This document shows, piece by piece, positions 45,428-55,446 of a DNA stretch of 64,000 bases. Positions within the stretch are counted from its first letter, which is position 1, and every line of letters begins with the position of its first letter. The notes under the pieces are model-generated. The model searched no databases. It saw only the letters and a program-made list of their open reading frames with translations, and was not told the origin of the DNA. The stretch comes from an uncultured Gemmatimonadales bacterium (GTDB lineage: Bacteria; Gemmatimonadota; Gemmatimonadetes; Longimicrobiales; RSA9): assembly GCA_963798085.1 (NCBI GenBank), contig CAWCRS010000007.1, positions 503,612-567,611 of the forward strand, read 5' to 3'. Made by a program: the position numbers and the translations under genes.

Positions 45428-46333
45428 CTACTCCTCGGCTACCAGAGCGATCATGCGACCGTCCGCGCTGACGGCAATGCGGGAAATGCCGCGCACGCCC
45501 CGGCCCGCGAGATCCGCGACCTCGACCCAGTCCTTGTCCCGGCCCGGCCGCAGCGCGTAGAGCACTGAGCCGCGTGCCGTGAGCAGCACGCCATCCGGCG
45601 TCCACGCGTGGTACTCGTTTTCGGCGAAAGGCTGAACCAGAGACGTCGCAGTGCCGGACTGCACATCGAGGATACGGATCCAGCCGGGCTTCTCCGCGCC
45701 CAGCTGCACGAAGCTCACCGCGTCACGACCCGGCACCTTGTGCAGCGAGCGACCGATGTTCTGCGCCACCACGCGCGCCTCGCCCGTGCGCACATCCGCC
45801 AGCTGCAGGGTGGCGGGATTGCCGAGCACGAACAGTGCGAGCCGGTTGCCGTCGATCCACGCGTGATAGCCGACCGGCTTCAGCGTCTCGAGCACCACAC
45901 GCGGATCGGTGCCGGCGCGTGTGAAGCTCCAGAGCCGCTGCGCTGAATCCCGCTCCACGCGAATCACCGAAATGCGATCGCCCGCCGGCATCACCGTGGC
46001 CGAATACTCGCTCTCCGGCTGTGTGTGAATCAGCGCTACGCTGCGGCCGCTGCGCAGATCGTAGCGCCAGATGTCGGCCTGACCGCTGGCATCGATCACC
46101 GTGTACAGCAGCCCGCCATCACCCGGCAGGAATGCCGGCTGGTTGTCGTAGCCGGGCCGCTGCGTGACCCGCCGCACACTGTCCACCACCATGCGGCCGC
46201 CCGCGTCGTGCACCAGCGCCAGGAAGATGTCCGAGCCGCTCTGCGCCCGCACCGGTCGCGCGACCGGCAGCAGCGCGAGAAGGGTGCAGGCGGGAAGCAG
46301 CGTGCGCCGCCGCGCAAACAGGCGAGCCGACAT
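45428..46333 (-). CDS. secreted TolB/PD40-like beta-propeller protein
   Basis: Signal peptide ..VARPVRAQ. Repeated ..YDNQPAF.PDG..LLY.. and ..EY.A.....D.. blade-like units. Confidence 0.55.
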   Translation of the reverse strand: MSARLFARRRTLLPACTLLALLPVARPVRAQSGSDIFLALVHDAGGRMVVDSVRRVTQRPGYDNQPAFLPGDGGLLYTVIDASGQADIWRYDLRSGRSVALIHTQPESEYSATVMPAGDRISVIRVERDSAQRLWSFTRAGTDPRVVLETLKPVGYHAWIDGNRLALFVLGNPATLQLADVRTGEARVVAQNIGRSLHKVPGRDAVSFVQLGAEKPGWIRILDVQSGTATSLVQPFAENEYHAWTPDGVLLTARGSVLYALRPGRDKDWVEVADLAGRGVRGISRIAVSADGRMIALVAEE

Positions 46334-46941
46334 GTGTCACTCCTGCTCAGAGGCCCGGGAGCGCTGTCCGGGCAAAGCCCGGTACGCTCCTGCAATGTGG
46401 TGGCGAGCCGCCGATCGCACGAGAGGAGAGGTGGTCGCCCGCCGATCCGCCGGCTGCCGCGCGTCATCCAGCGGGTATGGCAGGGCATGCCGCAGGTGAG
46501 GGCTCGCTTTCAGTTGGAGCGCCCACCGGTGTTCGAGTTGCGAAACCACAATGCGATGCTGGTGCCGGGAGGCGCTGGCGCCAGGCCTGGCGCCGTTTGG
46601 CGGCGCGGGCCGGGGCCGTGCAGCGTTTCCGTAACGATGTGTTAATGCGGGAGTCGAGCCACGACGCTTGCAGTCTCGCGTGTGGAGGATGCCCCGGCCG
46701 GTCCGTCACGCGGCGTCTCGCCCGCGGATGCGGCAGGCATCACAGGCGTCGTGGTGGTCATGCGCGCCGTCGGTGTTGCGGCGGTTGCACGTGCCGGCGC
46801 GCCGCGCCTCTTGCGTGCTGCGGCTGTGGTGCTGCGAGGGAGTGCGTGTGTGCGGGTCGTTGCCTTGACATTCGACAACAAGCCGGACAGCTTGGGGGAA
46901 AGGGCCTGGCACGGACTCGCACCCGGTCGCAGGAGCACGCG

Positions 46942-47271
46942 TTGAACGAGAAGGCTGATCTGCTGCAGGGCACGCTGGACCTGCTGATTCTCAAGACGCT
47001 GCGCCTGGAGGCGCTGCACGGCTGGGGCATCTCCAAGCGCATCCGCCAGCTGTCCGGGGATGTGCTCCAGGTCAACCAGGGCTCGCTCTATCCGGCACTG
47101 TACCGTCTGGAAGAACAGGGCTGGATCACATCGGAGTGGGGCGTCTCTCCCGAAGGGCGGCGCGCGAAGTTCTACAAGCTGACCGCCCGCGGCCGCAAAC
47201 AGTTCGCCGAAGAGGAAGCCAGCTGGCGCCTCTTCACCGGTGCCGTCGACCAGATCCTCTCCGCGACCTGA
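46942..47271 (+). CDS. PadR family transcriptional regulator (acidobacterial type)
   Basis: TTG at 46942 with GCAGGAG 6 nt upstream gives MNEKADLLQGTLDLLILKTL..HGWGISKRIRQLSGDVLQVNQGSLYPALYRLEEQGWI..RRAKFYKLTARGRKQF. Confidence 0.85.
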   Translation: MNEKADLLQGTLDLLILKTLRLEALHGWGISKRIRQLSGDVLQVNQGSLYPALYRLEEQGWITSEWGVSPEGRRAKFYKLTARGRKQFAEEEASWRLFTGAVDQILSAT

Positions 47272-47344
47272 CTCTTCCTTCACCGCGGAGCGCGCGGGGG
47301 GCGCGGAGGCACTGCGGGAGGCGGAATCAGGTGCAGGGGGACTT

Positions 47345-47490
47345 GATCTGTCCTGCGTTTCCTCGTGGTTTGTCTCCAGTCATTGATCCTTGCGTTTGAA
47401 CGGCGCTGCGTTCGGGTGGTCGAGTGTGCTGTTCCGCTGCCTCCGCGTTGACGAAGTCTGCTTTCCGTTGATCGGCGTTTCCACACGGTA
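47345..47490 (-). repeat. degenerate array of the 14-nt repeat family in reverse orientation (GCGTTTC / CCGTTGATC units)
   Basis: ctgcgtttcc, cattgatccttgcgtttgaac, ctgcgttcgg, tgttccgctg, ccgcgttgacg, ctttccgttgatcggcgtttcc, at ~14-17 nt spacing. Confidence 0.6.
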
Positions 47491-47857
47491 CATCACTCCG
47501 CGGCGGGCTACGAACGATCGGGAGTTCGCCACTCGGTCGGTTGGCGCTGGCGTGTTCGTGTGCGGTTGCTGAGCTGTCCGCATGCGCTGACGTCCATCAA
47601 TGGCGACGACGGATCACGTCAGCTGCCGCTGCAATGCGTTTCCATGGGTCGAGCAGGCGGGTTCGGGCTCGCCTTGCAATGCGTTACGGCGTGCTGCCCT
47701 CGGTACCCATGAGACTGCTCCCGGTGTAGACAGGTGGGGCCCGTTTCGCTGCGATGCTCTGTGTCCGCAGTGAACCCTCGCGCTGGAGAGGCGTGGGGAC
47801 GGGAACGGGGCCTGATTGCGGAGCGGGCGATCGTAGCGCGACCCAGAGCGGATTGAC

Positions 47858-50800
47858 ATGGACGGCGGCGAACACAAAGCCACGACCAGTGCGAACAATG
47901 CAACCGGCGGCCGGGCGGCGCGTGCGTCGCGACGCTGGCCTCGGGTGCTGCTGCGTTCCACGCTTGCACTGGTGCTCGGGCTGATCCTGCTGCTCGCGCT
48001 GGTTGTCGCCATGCTGCAGAACAGCGCGATCGCGACGCGCGCGGCGAACGCGCTCGCGAGTCGGTTCAGTCCGTGGCCGGATGCGCATATTGCAGTGCAG
48101 AGGGCGAGGCTGCGCGGACTGGGCGGTGTGACACTGGCGGGCGTGCGCATCACGCGAGCGGATGGCCAGGTCATGGTCGCGCTGGACACAATGCAGCTGC
48201 GCATCCAGCCACTGGCGCTGCTGTGGGGACGCGTGTCCATGCCGGTGCTGCGGGTGCTGGGTGCGGATGTGCGCATGCGTCAGCGCGCGGATTCCAGCTG
48301 GGACCTGCTGGCTCCGTTCATGGGTGGAGACACGATCCGAGCCAGCCGCACGCAGCTGCGCATCGGAGAGGCAGAGCTGCTGCGCTCACGCCTCGAGGCG
48401 CACTGGCTGGCGCAGAGTGATTCCGTGCTGCGCGTGGAAGACATCACTGTGCGTCTCGCGGGGCTCGCGCTGCCCGAGCCGATGCGCTTCTCGCTCGACA
48501 CACTGAGTGCGCGCATCTATCCGCCTCTCCGTCCCGCACAGCCGGCGATGCTGGGTGCTCGCCTGCGGCTGAGCGATGGCCGCCTCGTCGTCGACGGCTT
48601 CAGTCTGCGCTCGGACTCGAGCAATGTTTCCGCAGCAGGCACGCTGCTGGTTCCGGGCGGCAGGGTCGATGACATCCACGATGCCGACTTCACCCTGGCG
48701 GCGAGCCCGCTCGACTTCCGCGATGTGGGCGCGTTCCTGCCGGGCTTCGATGTGCCGGGCAGTCTGCGGCTGCAGGCGCGCGTACGGGGAACCCCCTCGC
48801 TTCTCGACATTGAAGTGGATGGCCGCAGCTTCGATGGCGCCACGCTGCACGTCGCGGGAACGCTGACGCCGCGTACGCAGGGTGACGTGCGTTACCAGTT
48901 GCAGGCGACACTGCACGATCTGGATGCGGCGCTCTGGTCCGGCTCCGCGTCCGGGCTGGGCAAGGTCGACGCCACGGCCGATGTGGCGCTGGCCGGCCAG
49001 GCGCTGGACTCAGTCACGGGCAGCCTGCAGCTCACACTGGGCGGCACTCGCCTGGGCAGCGGGCGCCTGCGCTCGGCGCAGCTGGCTGCGCAGTTCACGG
49101 AAGGCCGGGCCGAAGTGACGGCGGAAGCCGAGGCGACGCCGTGGGTGCATGTCGCACTGCGCGGCGCTGCGCGGCCCTTCGCGCCCACGCCCGACTACGC
49201 CTTCGACATCGATGCTTGCCAGCTCGAGCCGCTCGGCACTGACACCACATTACAGCTGCACGCGGGCACCGTGCAGCTGCACCTTGCGGGTGCCGGTGTT
49301 GCGCGCGCGAACGCGAGAGGCAGCGCGCAGGCCCGCTTCAGCGCCGGCATCGGGGCGGTCATGGTGCGCGGGGGCGAGTTGACTGCGAACTGGCAGGATG
49401 GCCAGGCCACGGCGAAGCTGGAGGCGTCGGTGGCGGAGGGCCAGGTCTCGGGAAGCGCGCAGGTCGATTGGCGCCATGCGGAAACGCGCATCAGCGCGGC
49501 CCGGCTGAGTGCGCGCGGCATCGCTTTGGCGGGGCTGGTGGATTCCGCGGCGGGTACGCTGGATCTCGAAGGCACGGGCGACTTCGTGCCGGGCCGGAAC
49601 GAAAGCCTGCGCGCGAATGCGACCGCCACCCTGCATGCGCTGGCCTGGGCGGGCAACCGGCTGACGGACACGGCGAGCGCGAACATTACTGTTCGCAGTG
49701 GCCGGCTGCACGCCGAGGCCGTCGCGGCCGGGCCTGCGGGCCGCATGCTGCTGCGCGGCAATGCCCGGCCTTTCGCGAATACGCCCTCGTGGACGCTGGA
49801 AAGACTGGAGCTGCACGACGTCGACCTGGCGCGCGCAGACACAGCCTGGCCGAATTCGTCGATCAACGCGCTGCTGACGCTCGAGGGCAGGGGCCGCTCG
49901 CCGCGCGCGACGAGCGCGCGCGGACTGCTCACTTTCGATTCCCTGCGTGTCGGCGATCAGGTCATCCGTGACGGCCGGGTGGAGCTGGCGCTGGGCGAGG
50001 GTGAACTGCGCGCGGATCTCACCATGAAAGCGCTGCACGGTTCCATTGCGGCGAACACGCGCGGCACGCCGTTCGACAGCGTGCCCGCTTTCCACGTCGA
50101 GAATGCGCGCTTCCGCGACCTCGATCTGGCCCTGCTCACGCGCGGCTCGTTCAAAGGCGCACTGACAGGCACGATGCAGGCCAATGGCACACTGCCGGGC
50201 GGGGCGCTGCCCGACGTGCGCGGCAGACTCGAGCTGGCGTCGTCGCCCATCAACGGGGGTCGGCTGCGCGATGGCCGCGCGACGTTCGCACTGCAGGCGA
50301 GTCACGCTTCGCTGGACCTCGAGCTGAGGACGGACAGTGGCGTCGTCGCCTTCAATGGTCAGGCACAGGTGACGCGCGACACGACTGCCGCCAGCGGCGT
50401 ACGCGTCTCGGATGCGAACGTCGAGGGCACTGCCCGGCTGCCCGACCTGGCGGCGCTCATGGGCCAGGATTCGAATGAGGCGGCGGTGGATGCGCACTTC
50501 GCAATGGCGGGGGAAGGCCTCGACATCGAGACCATGCAATGGACCGCGCATGCGCGCGCCACCGGTCGCTGGGGCGGTGCGCACGTGGACACGCTGCTGC
50601 TGCGTGCCGGTGTGCACGACGCGCGTCTGCAGCTCGATACCTTCCGCCTGCGTTCCAATGTGGCGCACGGCGACGGCAGCGGCATGCTCGCACTGCGCGG
50701 GCGCAGTTCCATTCCGCCGGAGCAGGGCATGCACATCCGCATTGTCGTGGACAGCGTGGCGCCGTTCGCCGCCATGCTGGGGCGGCACCCGCTGGCGTTG

Positions 50801-53002
50801 CGCACGGGCGTCATCGATCTGCGCGGCACGAACGACGCCGGCGGCACGCAGCTGCAGGCCACGGTCAACCTGGCGGGGCTCGTCAGCGCCTGGGTGATGG
50901 CGGACTCGATCGCGCTGCAGACAGGGGCAACCCTGGATGGCAGCACGTTGCGGCAGGCGGCTGGACAGTTCACGGGCATCGGGCTGGCGCAGGGCAGCAT
51001 GTACCTGACGGGCATGACCGCACAGGGGACGTACGACGGCGCTGCGCTGTCCATTGAAGGCAGTGTGCAGCGTGACGAGCAGCACGACCTGCAGGTGAAA
51101 GCGACCGCCACGCCGCGCGAGCATTCCGTGGTGTTCGAGCAGATGCAGCTGGCGCTGCCGGGCAGCCGCTGGACCATCGCGCAGGCGGCGCGCATCGTGT
51201 GGTCACCGCAGATCCGCATCGAGGGTCTGACGCTGACATCCGGTGCGGAGAAGATCACGCTCAACGGCCGCATCGATCGCGCGGGCACGCAGGATCTGCA
51301 GTTGCAGCTGGATTCCGTGCCGGTGCAGGGCTTTGCCGAGTTTGCCGGCATTAACGGCCTGTCAGGCACGGCCAATGGCAGGCTGGAGCTGACCGGTCCG
51401 GCCACGCACATCGCGTTGCGCGGCGACATCACGACGCACCTCAATGGCGTGTCCGGGCACATCGCGGTGGAGCCCGCAGGCGATGATGCACTGAGCATCA
51501 ATGTGGCCATGACGGACGCTGCCCATCGACCGCTCCGCATCAATGGTCAGATGCCGTTCGCCGTCTCGATTGCCCCGGGCGACAGCGGTTTCGCCGGTCC
51601 GACGCATGGCAATGTGGGCTTCACGGTGAGCGCAGATTCCTTCGCGCTGGGCTGGCTCCAGCCCTTCGTACAGCCACTGCGCGTGGACCGCCTGCAAGGC
51701 TGGCTCACGGCGGACGCGCATTTCACGGGCACGTTCGACGCACCGGAAGCATCGGGCACGGCGAGGTTCGCGAACCTGCGGGTATCGGTATCGAGCGAGG
51801 GCATCGACTATCGCAATGTGCAGGCAGCGCTGGCACTGCAGGGAGACCGCGTGCAGGTCAGCGCGCTGCGTGCGGAAGCGGAAGGAACCGTGACCGGTGA
51901 AGGGCAGCTGTTTCTGGAGAGCCTGAGCCGGCCGCGCTTCAATGTAACACTGCATTTCAACCGCTTCCGCGCGGTCCGCAATCAGTGGGTGAGGCTGGGC
52001 GTGTCCGGTGATGCCCACGTGACCGGTGACCTGGCGAAGCCGGTGGTCGAAGGCGCGCTGACGCTGGTCGACACCGATGTGTACGCGGATCCGGCGGGTC
52101 AGGGCAGCACAGCAAGGCCCATCGAGCTGACAGCGGCCGATCTCGCGATGCTCGAGAGCTACTTCGGCTACAAGCCGTCTGCCGCGGCCACGATGGAATC
52201 GGATCCACTGATGCCGTGGTCCATGAACCTGAAGGTCACGTTGGGCACCAATGTCTGGGCGAGGCGCACGGCGCGGCCCGAGATGCGCGTGCAGCTGGGC
52301 GGCTCGCTGGAAGTGCGCAAGGCACCGCAGGACTCAATGCAGCTGTTCGGCTCCATTGAGGTGCTGCCCCAGCGCAGCTACTTCGAAGAGTTCGGCAAGC
52401 ATTTCTCGGTCAGCGACGGCACGATCACGTTCAACGGATCGGTGTGGGGCTGGACGGCGAACATCAAGGCGCGTTACCTGGTGCCGTCGTTCAAGGATCC
52501 CAACGCGTCCGAAGTCACGATCACGATGGACGTGACGGGTCCCATGGATGACCTGCGACTGACGCTCGGTTCCGAGCCCCCGCTGGAGACGGCCGACATC
52601 CTCTCCTACCTGGCCACGGGCCGGCCGGCGGAGAGCGCGGCGTCCTTTGGTGGTGGCGGCGCGCGCGGCGGTCTGCTGACCGAAGGCGCGACGCTTGCCC
52701 TGGGCACGGCCGCCAACCTGCTGGAGCACACTGCCGGCGAAACCGTCGGCCTCGACGTGGTGGAGATCCGGCAGGACGGATTGCGCGGCGCCACCCTGAT
52801 AGCAGGGCGTTATGTGTCACCGCGACTGTACGTCGGTTTCCAGCAGCCGCTCACCTTGCGCGACAATCAGGATCCCGCGAATACGACCAGTCGTGGCACG
52901 CAGGTGGAGATCGAATACACGGCGTATCGCTGGCTGCTGCTCAACCTGCAGAGCGGCCAATCGACGCTGAGCTTCTTCCTGCGCACCAAGCGCGCTTTCT
53001 GA
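47858..53002 (+). CDS. tamB: TamB-like translocation and assembly module protein (AsmA-like, DUF490 C-terminus), 1714 aa
   Basis: N-terminal signal anchor LVLGLILLLALVVAML, a very long beta-rich repetitive body, and C-terminal LSYLATGRPAESA...VGLDVVEIRQDG...IAGRYVSPRLYVGFQQPL...IEYTAYRWLLLNLQSGQ. Confidence 0.85.
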   Translation: MDGGEHKATTSANNATGGRAARASRRWPRVLLRSTLALVLGLILLLALVVAMLQNSAIATRAANALASRFSPWPDAHIAVQRARLRGLGGVTLAGVRITRADGQVMVALDTMQLRIQPLALLWGRVSMPVLRVLGADVRMRQRADSSWDLLAPFMGGDTIRASRTQLRIGEAELLRSRLEAHWLAQSDSVLRVEDITVRLAGLALPEPMRFSLDTLSARIYPPLRPAQPAMLGARLRLSDGRLVVDGFSLRSDSSNVSAAGTLLVPGGRVDDIHDADFTLAASPLDFRDVGAFLPGFDVPGSLRLQARVRGTPSLLDIEVDGRSFDGATLHVAGTLTPRTQGDVRYQLQATLHDLDAALWSGSASGLGKVDATADVALAGQALDSVTGSLQLTLGGTRLGSGRLRSAQLAAQFTEGRAEVTAEAEATPWVHVALRGAARPFAPTPDYAFDIDACQLEPLGTDTTLQLHAGTVQLHLAGAGVARANARGSAQARFSAGIGAVMVRGGELTANWQDGQATAKLEASVAEGQVSGSAQVDWRHAETRISAARLSARGIALAGLVDSAAGTLDLEGTGDFVPGRNESLRANATATLHALAWAGNRLTDTASANITVRSGRLHAEAVAAGPAGRMLLRGNARPFANTPSWTLERLELHDVDLARADTAWPNSSINALLTLEGRGRSPRATSARGLLTFDSLRVGDQVIRDGRVELALGEGELRADLTMKALHGSIAANTRGTPFDSVPAFHVENARFRDLDLALLTRGSFKGALTGTMQANGTLPGGALPDVRGRLELASSPINGGRLRDGRATFALQASHASLDLELRTDSGVVAFNGQAQVTRDTTAASGVRVSDANVEGTARLPDLAALMGQDSNEAAVDAHFAMAGEGLDIETMQWTAHARATGRWGGAHVDTLLLRAGVHDARLQLDTFRLRSNVAHGDGSGMLALRGRSSIPPEQGMHIRIVVDSVAPFAAMLGRHPLALRTGVIDLRGTNDAGGTQLQATVNLAGLVSAWVMADSIALQTGATLDGSTLRQAAGQFTGIGLAQGSMYLTGMTAQGTYDGAALSIEGSVQRDEQHDLQVKATATPREHSVVFEQMQLALPGSRWTIAQAARIVWSPQIRIEGLTLTSGAEKITLNGRIDRAGTQDLQLQLDSVPVQGFAEFAGINGLSGTANGRLELTGPATHIALRGDITTHLNGVSGHIAVEPAGDDALSINVAMTDAAHRPLRINGQMPFAVSIAPGDSGFAGPTHGNVGFTVSADSFALGWLQPFVQPLRVDRLQGWLTADAHFTGTFDAPEASGTARFANLRVSVSSEGIDYRNVQAALALQGDRVQVSALRAEAEGTVTGEGQLFLESLSRPRFNVTLHFNRFRAVRNQWVRLGVSGDAHVTGDLAKPVVEGALTLVDTDVYADPAGQGSTARPIELTAADLAMLESYFGYKPSAAATMESDPLMPWSMNLKVTLGTNVWARRTARPEMRVQLGGSLEVRKAPQDSMQLFGSIEVLPQRSYFEEFGKHFSVSDGTITFNGSVWGWTANIKARYLVPSFKDPNASEVTITMDVTGPMDDLRLTLGSEPPLETADILSYLATGRPAESAASFGGGGARGGLLTEGATLALGTAANLLEHTAGETVGLDVVEIRQDGLRGATLIAGRYVSPRLYVGFQQPLTLRDNQDPANTTSRGTQVEIEYTAYRWLLLNLQSGQSTLSFFLRTKRAF

Positions 53003-55212
53003 TGGGCGGTGGGCGCGGACCGCGGCGCAGCACGCGGAACAGGCGAAGATCTGCGTCCGGCTGGAAGTGCGGGGCGGCGCTGGCGGGACTGGCAATCGTG
53101 ACGCTGGCGCGATCGGCACAGGCGCAGATTCCATACGCCGTGTTCGACGCCGCCACGCAGGTGCGTTCGCTGCATTTCGAATTTCCGTCCGGCCGCAGCT
53201 TCCCGGTGTCCGAGCTGAAGCTGGAGATGGCGCTGAGCGCGCCCGGCGCGCTGTACAGCATCCGTCGGTTGCTTGCGATCCTGCCACTGGTTCCGGACCC
53301 GCCGCCCCATCCGTTCACGCCCCTCGAGCTGCAGCGCGACGTGGCGAGGCTCCGGCGCTTCTATGCGGATGCCGGTTTCCTGGGCACCGGCGTTCACTAT
53401 GACGTCGCCTTCGATCGCAGTCACAATGCGGTGCGCATCCGCATGATCGTCGACGAAGGCAGGCCCGTCATTGTGCGCTCGATCGCCGTGCAGACGTCGG
53501 CGGGCGGGGACCCGGGGACGCAGCTGCCGGAGGCGATGCAGGCCGCCTGGCGCAACTTCGTGCAGGGCCGGCAGGATCTGATCGGTGCGCGTCTCACGGA
53601 CACGGCGCAGACGCGCCTGGTGGGCCGCGTGCTCGACTGGTGGATGGCGCGCGGCTGGGCGTTCGCACAGGCCGCTTCGGAGGTGCGCGTGGATTCCGCG
53701 AGCGCGAGCAGCGACGTGCGCGTGACACTCGATCCGGGACCGCGGGCGCGTGTCGACAGCATTCAGATCGAAGGGAATCACAGCGTATCTGACGCGCTGG
53801 TGCGGCGCACCGTGCCGCTGGCACCCGGCGACTGGTTCTCGTCGGCGAAACTCGCGGCGGGACAGCGCCGTCTCTTCGCGCTGAACCTGTTCCGCCTGGC
53901 GCTCACCGACGTGCCCGCGCAGCCGGCCGATTCGACGGTGACGATCCGCGCGCGTGTGGAAGAGAGTGCGCCTCGCCTGCTCACTGGCGAACTGGGTTAC
54001 GTCACCGCCGGCGGGCTGACGACGCGCGGCCAGTTCCTGCACCGCAACTTCACGGGCGGCGCCCGCACCCTGGACGTGTCCGGCGTCGCCCAAACAGGCG
54101 TGTTAGCAGGCGGCGAGCTGCCCGAACGCGACTTCCGGCTTTCCGTCTCCTATCGCACGCCGCAGCTGTTCCACGATCCCAGACTGTCGCTCACCCTGGC
54201 GCCATTCGGCGAGTACCGCGACAACCAGGTGGACCGCTCCTGGCAGTACGGTGTGGAGACTACGGTGATCTATGAGCTGGGGCCCTACCGCTTCGTCACG
54301 TTCCAGCACCGCCTGAGCTCGCGCCGCGTGCTCGACTATCGCATCGGCTCGGGAAGCAGCATCGACCTGGTCACACTGCTGCAGCTGCTGGCGGAAGGCG
54401 CGCTCGACTCGGTGGGCACCCGCATCGATCGCAGCACGTTCTCGCTCTCCGGCACGATCGGTCGCTTCGACCCGGGCACCACGACCCGCGCACTGCAGTT
54501 CCGGCCCAGCGCGGAGATCACGGCGCCGCCCAGCACCAACACCATCGAGTTCTGGCACGCAGAGCTGCCGCTGGTCGGCTTCCTGCCATTGCGGCGTCGC
54601 GTGTCGCTGGCGGCGCAGGTTTCGGTGGGGCGGGTGTTCCCGTTCGGCAAGACCGTGACCGGCGACAGTATCAGCGGCGGGTTGCAGGTGCTGCAGCTGC
54701 GCGACGTGCTGCTCACCGCGGGCGGCACGGGAAGCATCCGCGGCTGGGGTACGGGCCTGCTCGGTCCCAAGTTCGTTAACATCGAGTTTCCCGGCCTGCC
54801 CGTTACCGATTCGAGCCAGCTGGTCGCCAACGGCTATGCCCCCAGCGGTGGTCTGGCGCGCGCCACGGCGTCACTCGAGCTGCGCCTGCCGTTCCCCGGT
54901 CTCAGCGAACGCTGGGCGACGCACTTCTTCACGGACGCGGCACGCGTCTGGAACCCCGATTCCCGCTATCACGTCGACGACCCCTATGGCCAGCAGCGCT
55001 GGTTCTTCGGTGCAGGCGGCGGCATCGATGTGCGCACGCTGATCGGACCCATCCGCGTCAGCCTTGGCTACAAACTCAATCCCTCGCCGCTCGATCTGCG
55101 CGACGCGGACCGCGTGCTGCGCGCGCTGCAGCAGGACCTGCCATTGTCCACGGTCCCGACGGACTGGAAGCACCGGTTGCACATCCATGTTTCGCTCGGA
55201 CAGAGTTTCTGA
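53002..55212 (+). CDS. Omp85-family (TamA/BamA-like) outer-membrane protein, 736 aa
   Basis: The start overlaps the tamB stop (TGATG). Signal peptide ..ARSAQAQ, POTRA-like repeats, barrel with GGTGSIRGWG, and a terminal ..VSLGQSF. Confidence 0.85.
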   Translation: MGGGRGPRRSTRNRRRSASGWKCGAALAGLAIVTLARSAQAQIPYAVFDAATQVRSLHFEFPSGRSFPVSELKLEMALSAPGALYSIRRLLAILPLVPDPPPHPFTPLELQRDVARLRRFYADAGFLGTGVHYDVAFDRSHNAVRIRMIVDEGRPVIVRSIAVQTSAGGDPGTQLPEAMQAAWRNFVQGRQDLIGARLTDTAQTRLVGRVLDWWMARGWAFAQAASEVRVDSASASSDVRVTLDPGPRARVDSIQIEGNHSVSDALVRRTVPLAPGDWFSSAKLAAGQRRLFALNLFRLALTDVPAQPADSTVTIRARVEESAPRLLTGELGYVTAGGLTTRGQFLHRNFTGGARTLDVSGVAQTGVLAGGELPERDFRLSVSYRTPQLFHDPRLSLTLAPFGEYRDNQVDRSWQYGVETTVIYELGPYRFVTFQHRLSSRRVLDYRIGSGSSIDLVTLLQLLAEGALDSVGTRIDRSTFSLSGTIGRFDPGTTTRALQFRPSAEITAPPSTNTIEFWHAELPLVGFLPLRRRVSLAAQVSVGRVFPFGKTVTGDSISGGLQVLQLRDVLLTAGGTGSIRGWGTGLLGPKFVNIEFPGLPVTDSSQLVANGYAPSGGLARATASLELRLPFPGLSERWATHFFTDAARVWNPDSRYHVDDPYGQQRWFFGAGGGIDVRTLIGPIRVSLGYKLNPSPLDLRDADRVLRALQQDLPLSTVPTDWKHRLHIHVSLGQSF

Positions 55213-55227
55213 TCGGAAGCGAACGGC

Positions 55228-55253
55228 GGGAGGGGGCTCGCGCTGGGGCCGGG
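55228..55253 (+). repeat. degenerate G-tract element, copy 5
   Basis: gggagggggctcgcgctggggccggg, preceded by gaagcgaacgg. Begins 15 nt after the Omp85 stop. Confidence 0.4.
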
Positions 55254-55446
55254 AGTGGTCGTCGCACAGCTGCTGATTCGGCGAGGTGCTCGGTTGTCGC
55301 CAGGGAAACCGCGGTCCCGTTCGTTCGTTAAGGCGGAATGAGCGCGCATCATGAACCCGTCGCACGCTTCACGCTTTCGTGCAATGCCAGCGGCACCGAT
55401 CCTTGAGGGGAAGCACATGACGCGGGCTGTCGAGGTATAGCGTGCG

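Noticed and set aside
46907-46921. A sigma54 promoter (TGGCAC-N5-CGCA) upstream of the PadR gene, as a target for the window's sigma54 activator.
   Set aside because: The -12 GC dinucleotide is displaced by one position relative to the GG-N10-GC consensus, and the TTGC core is absent. No upstream activator-site palindrome was recognised.
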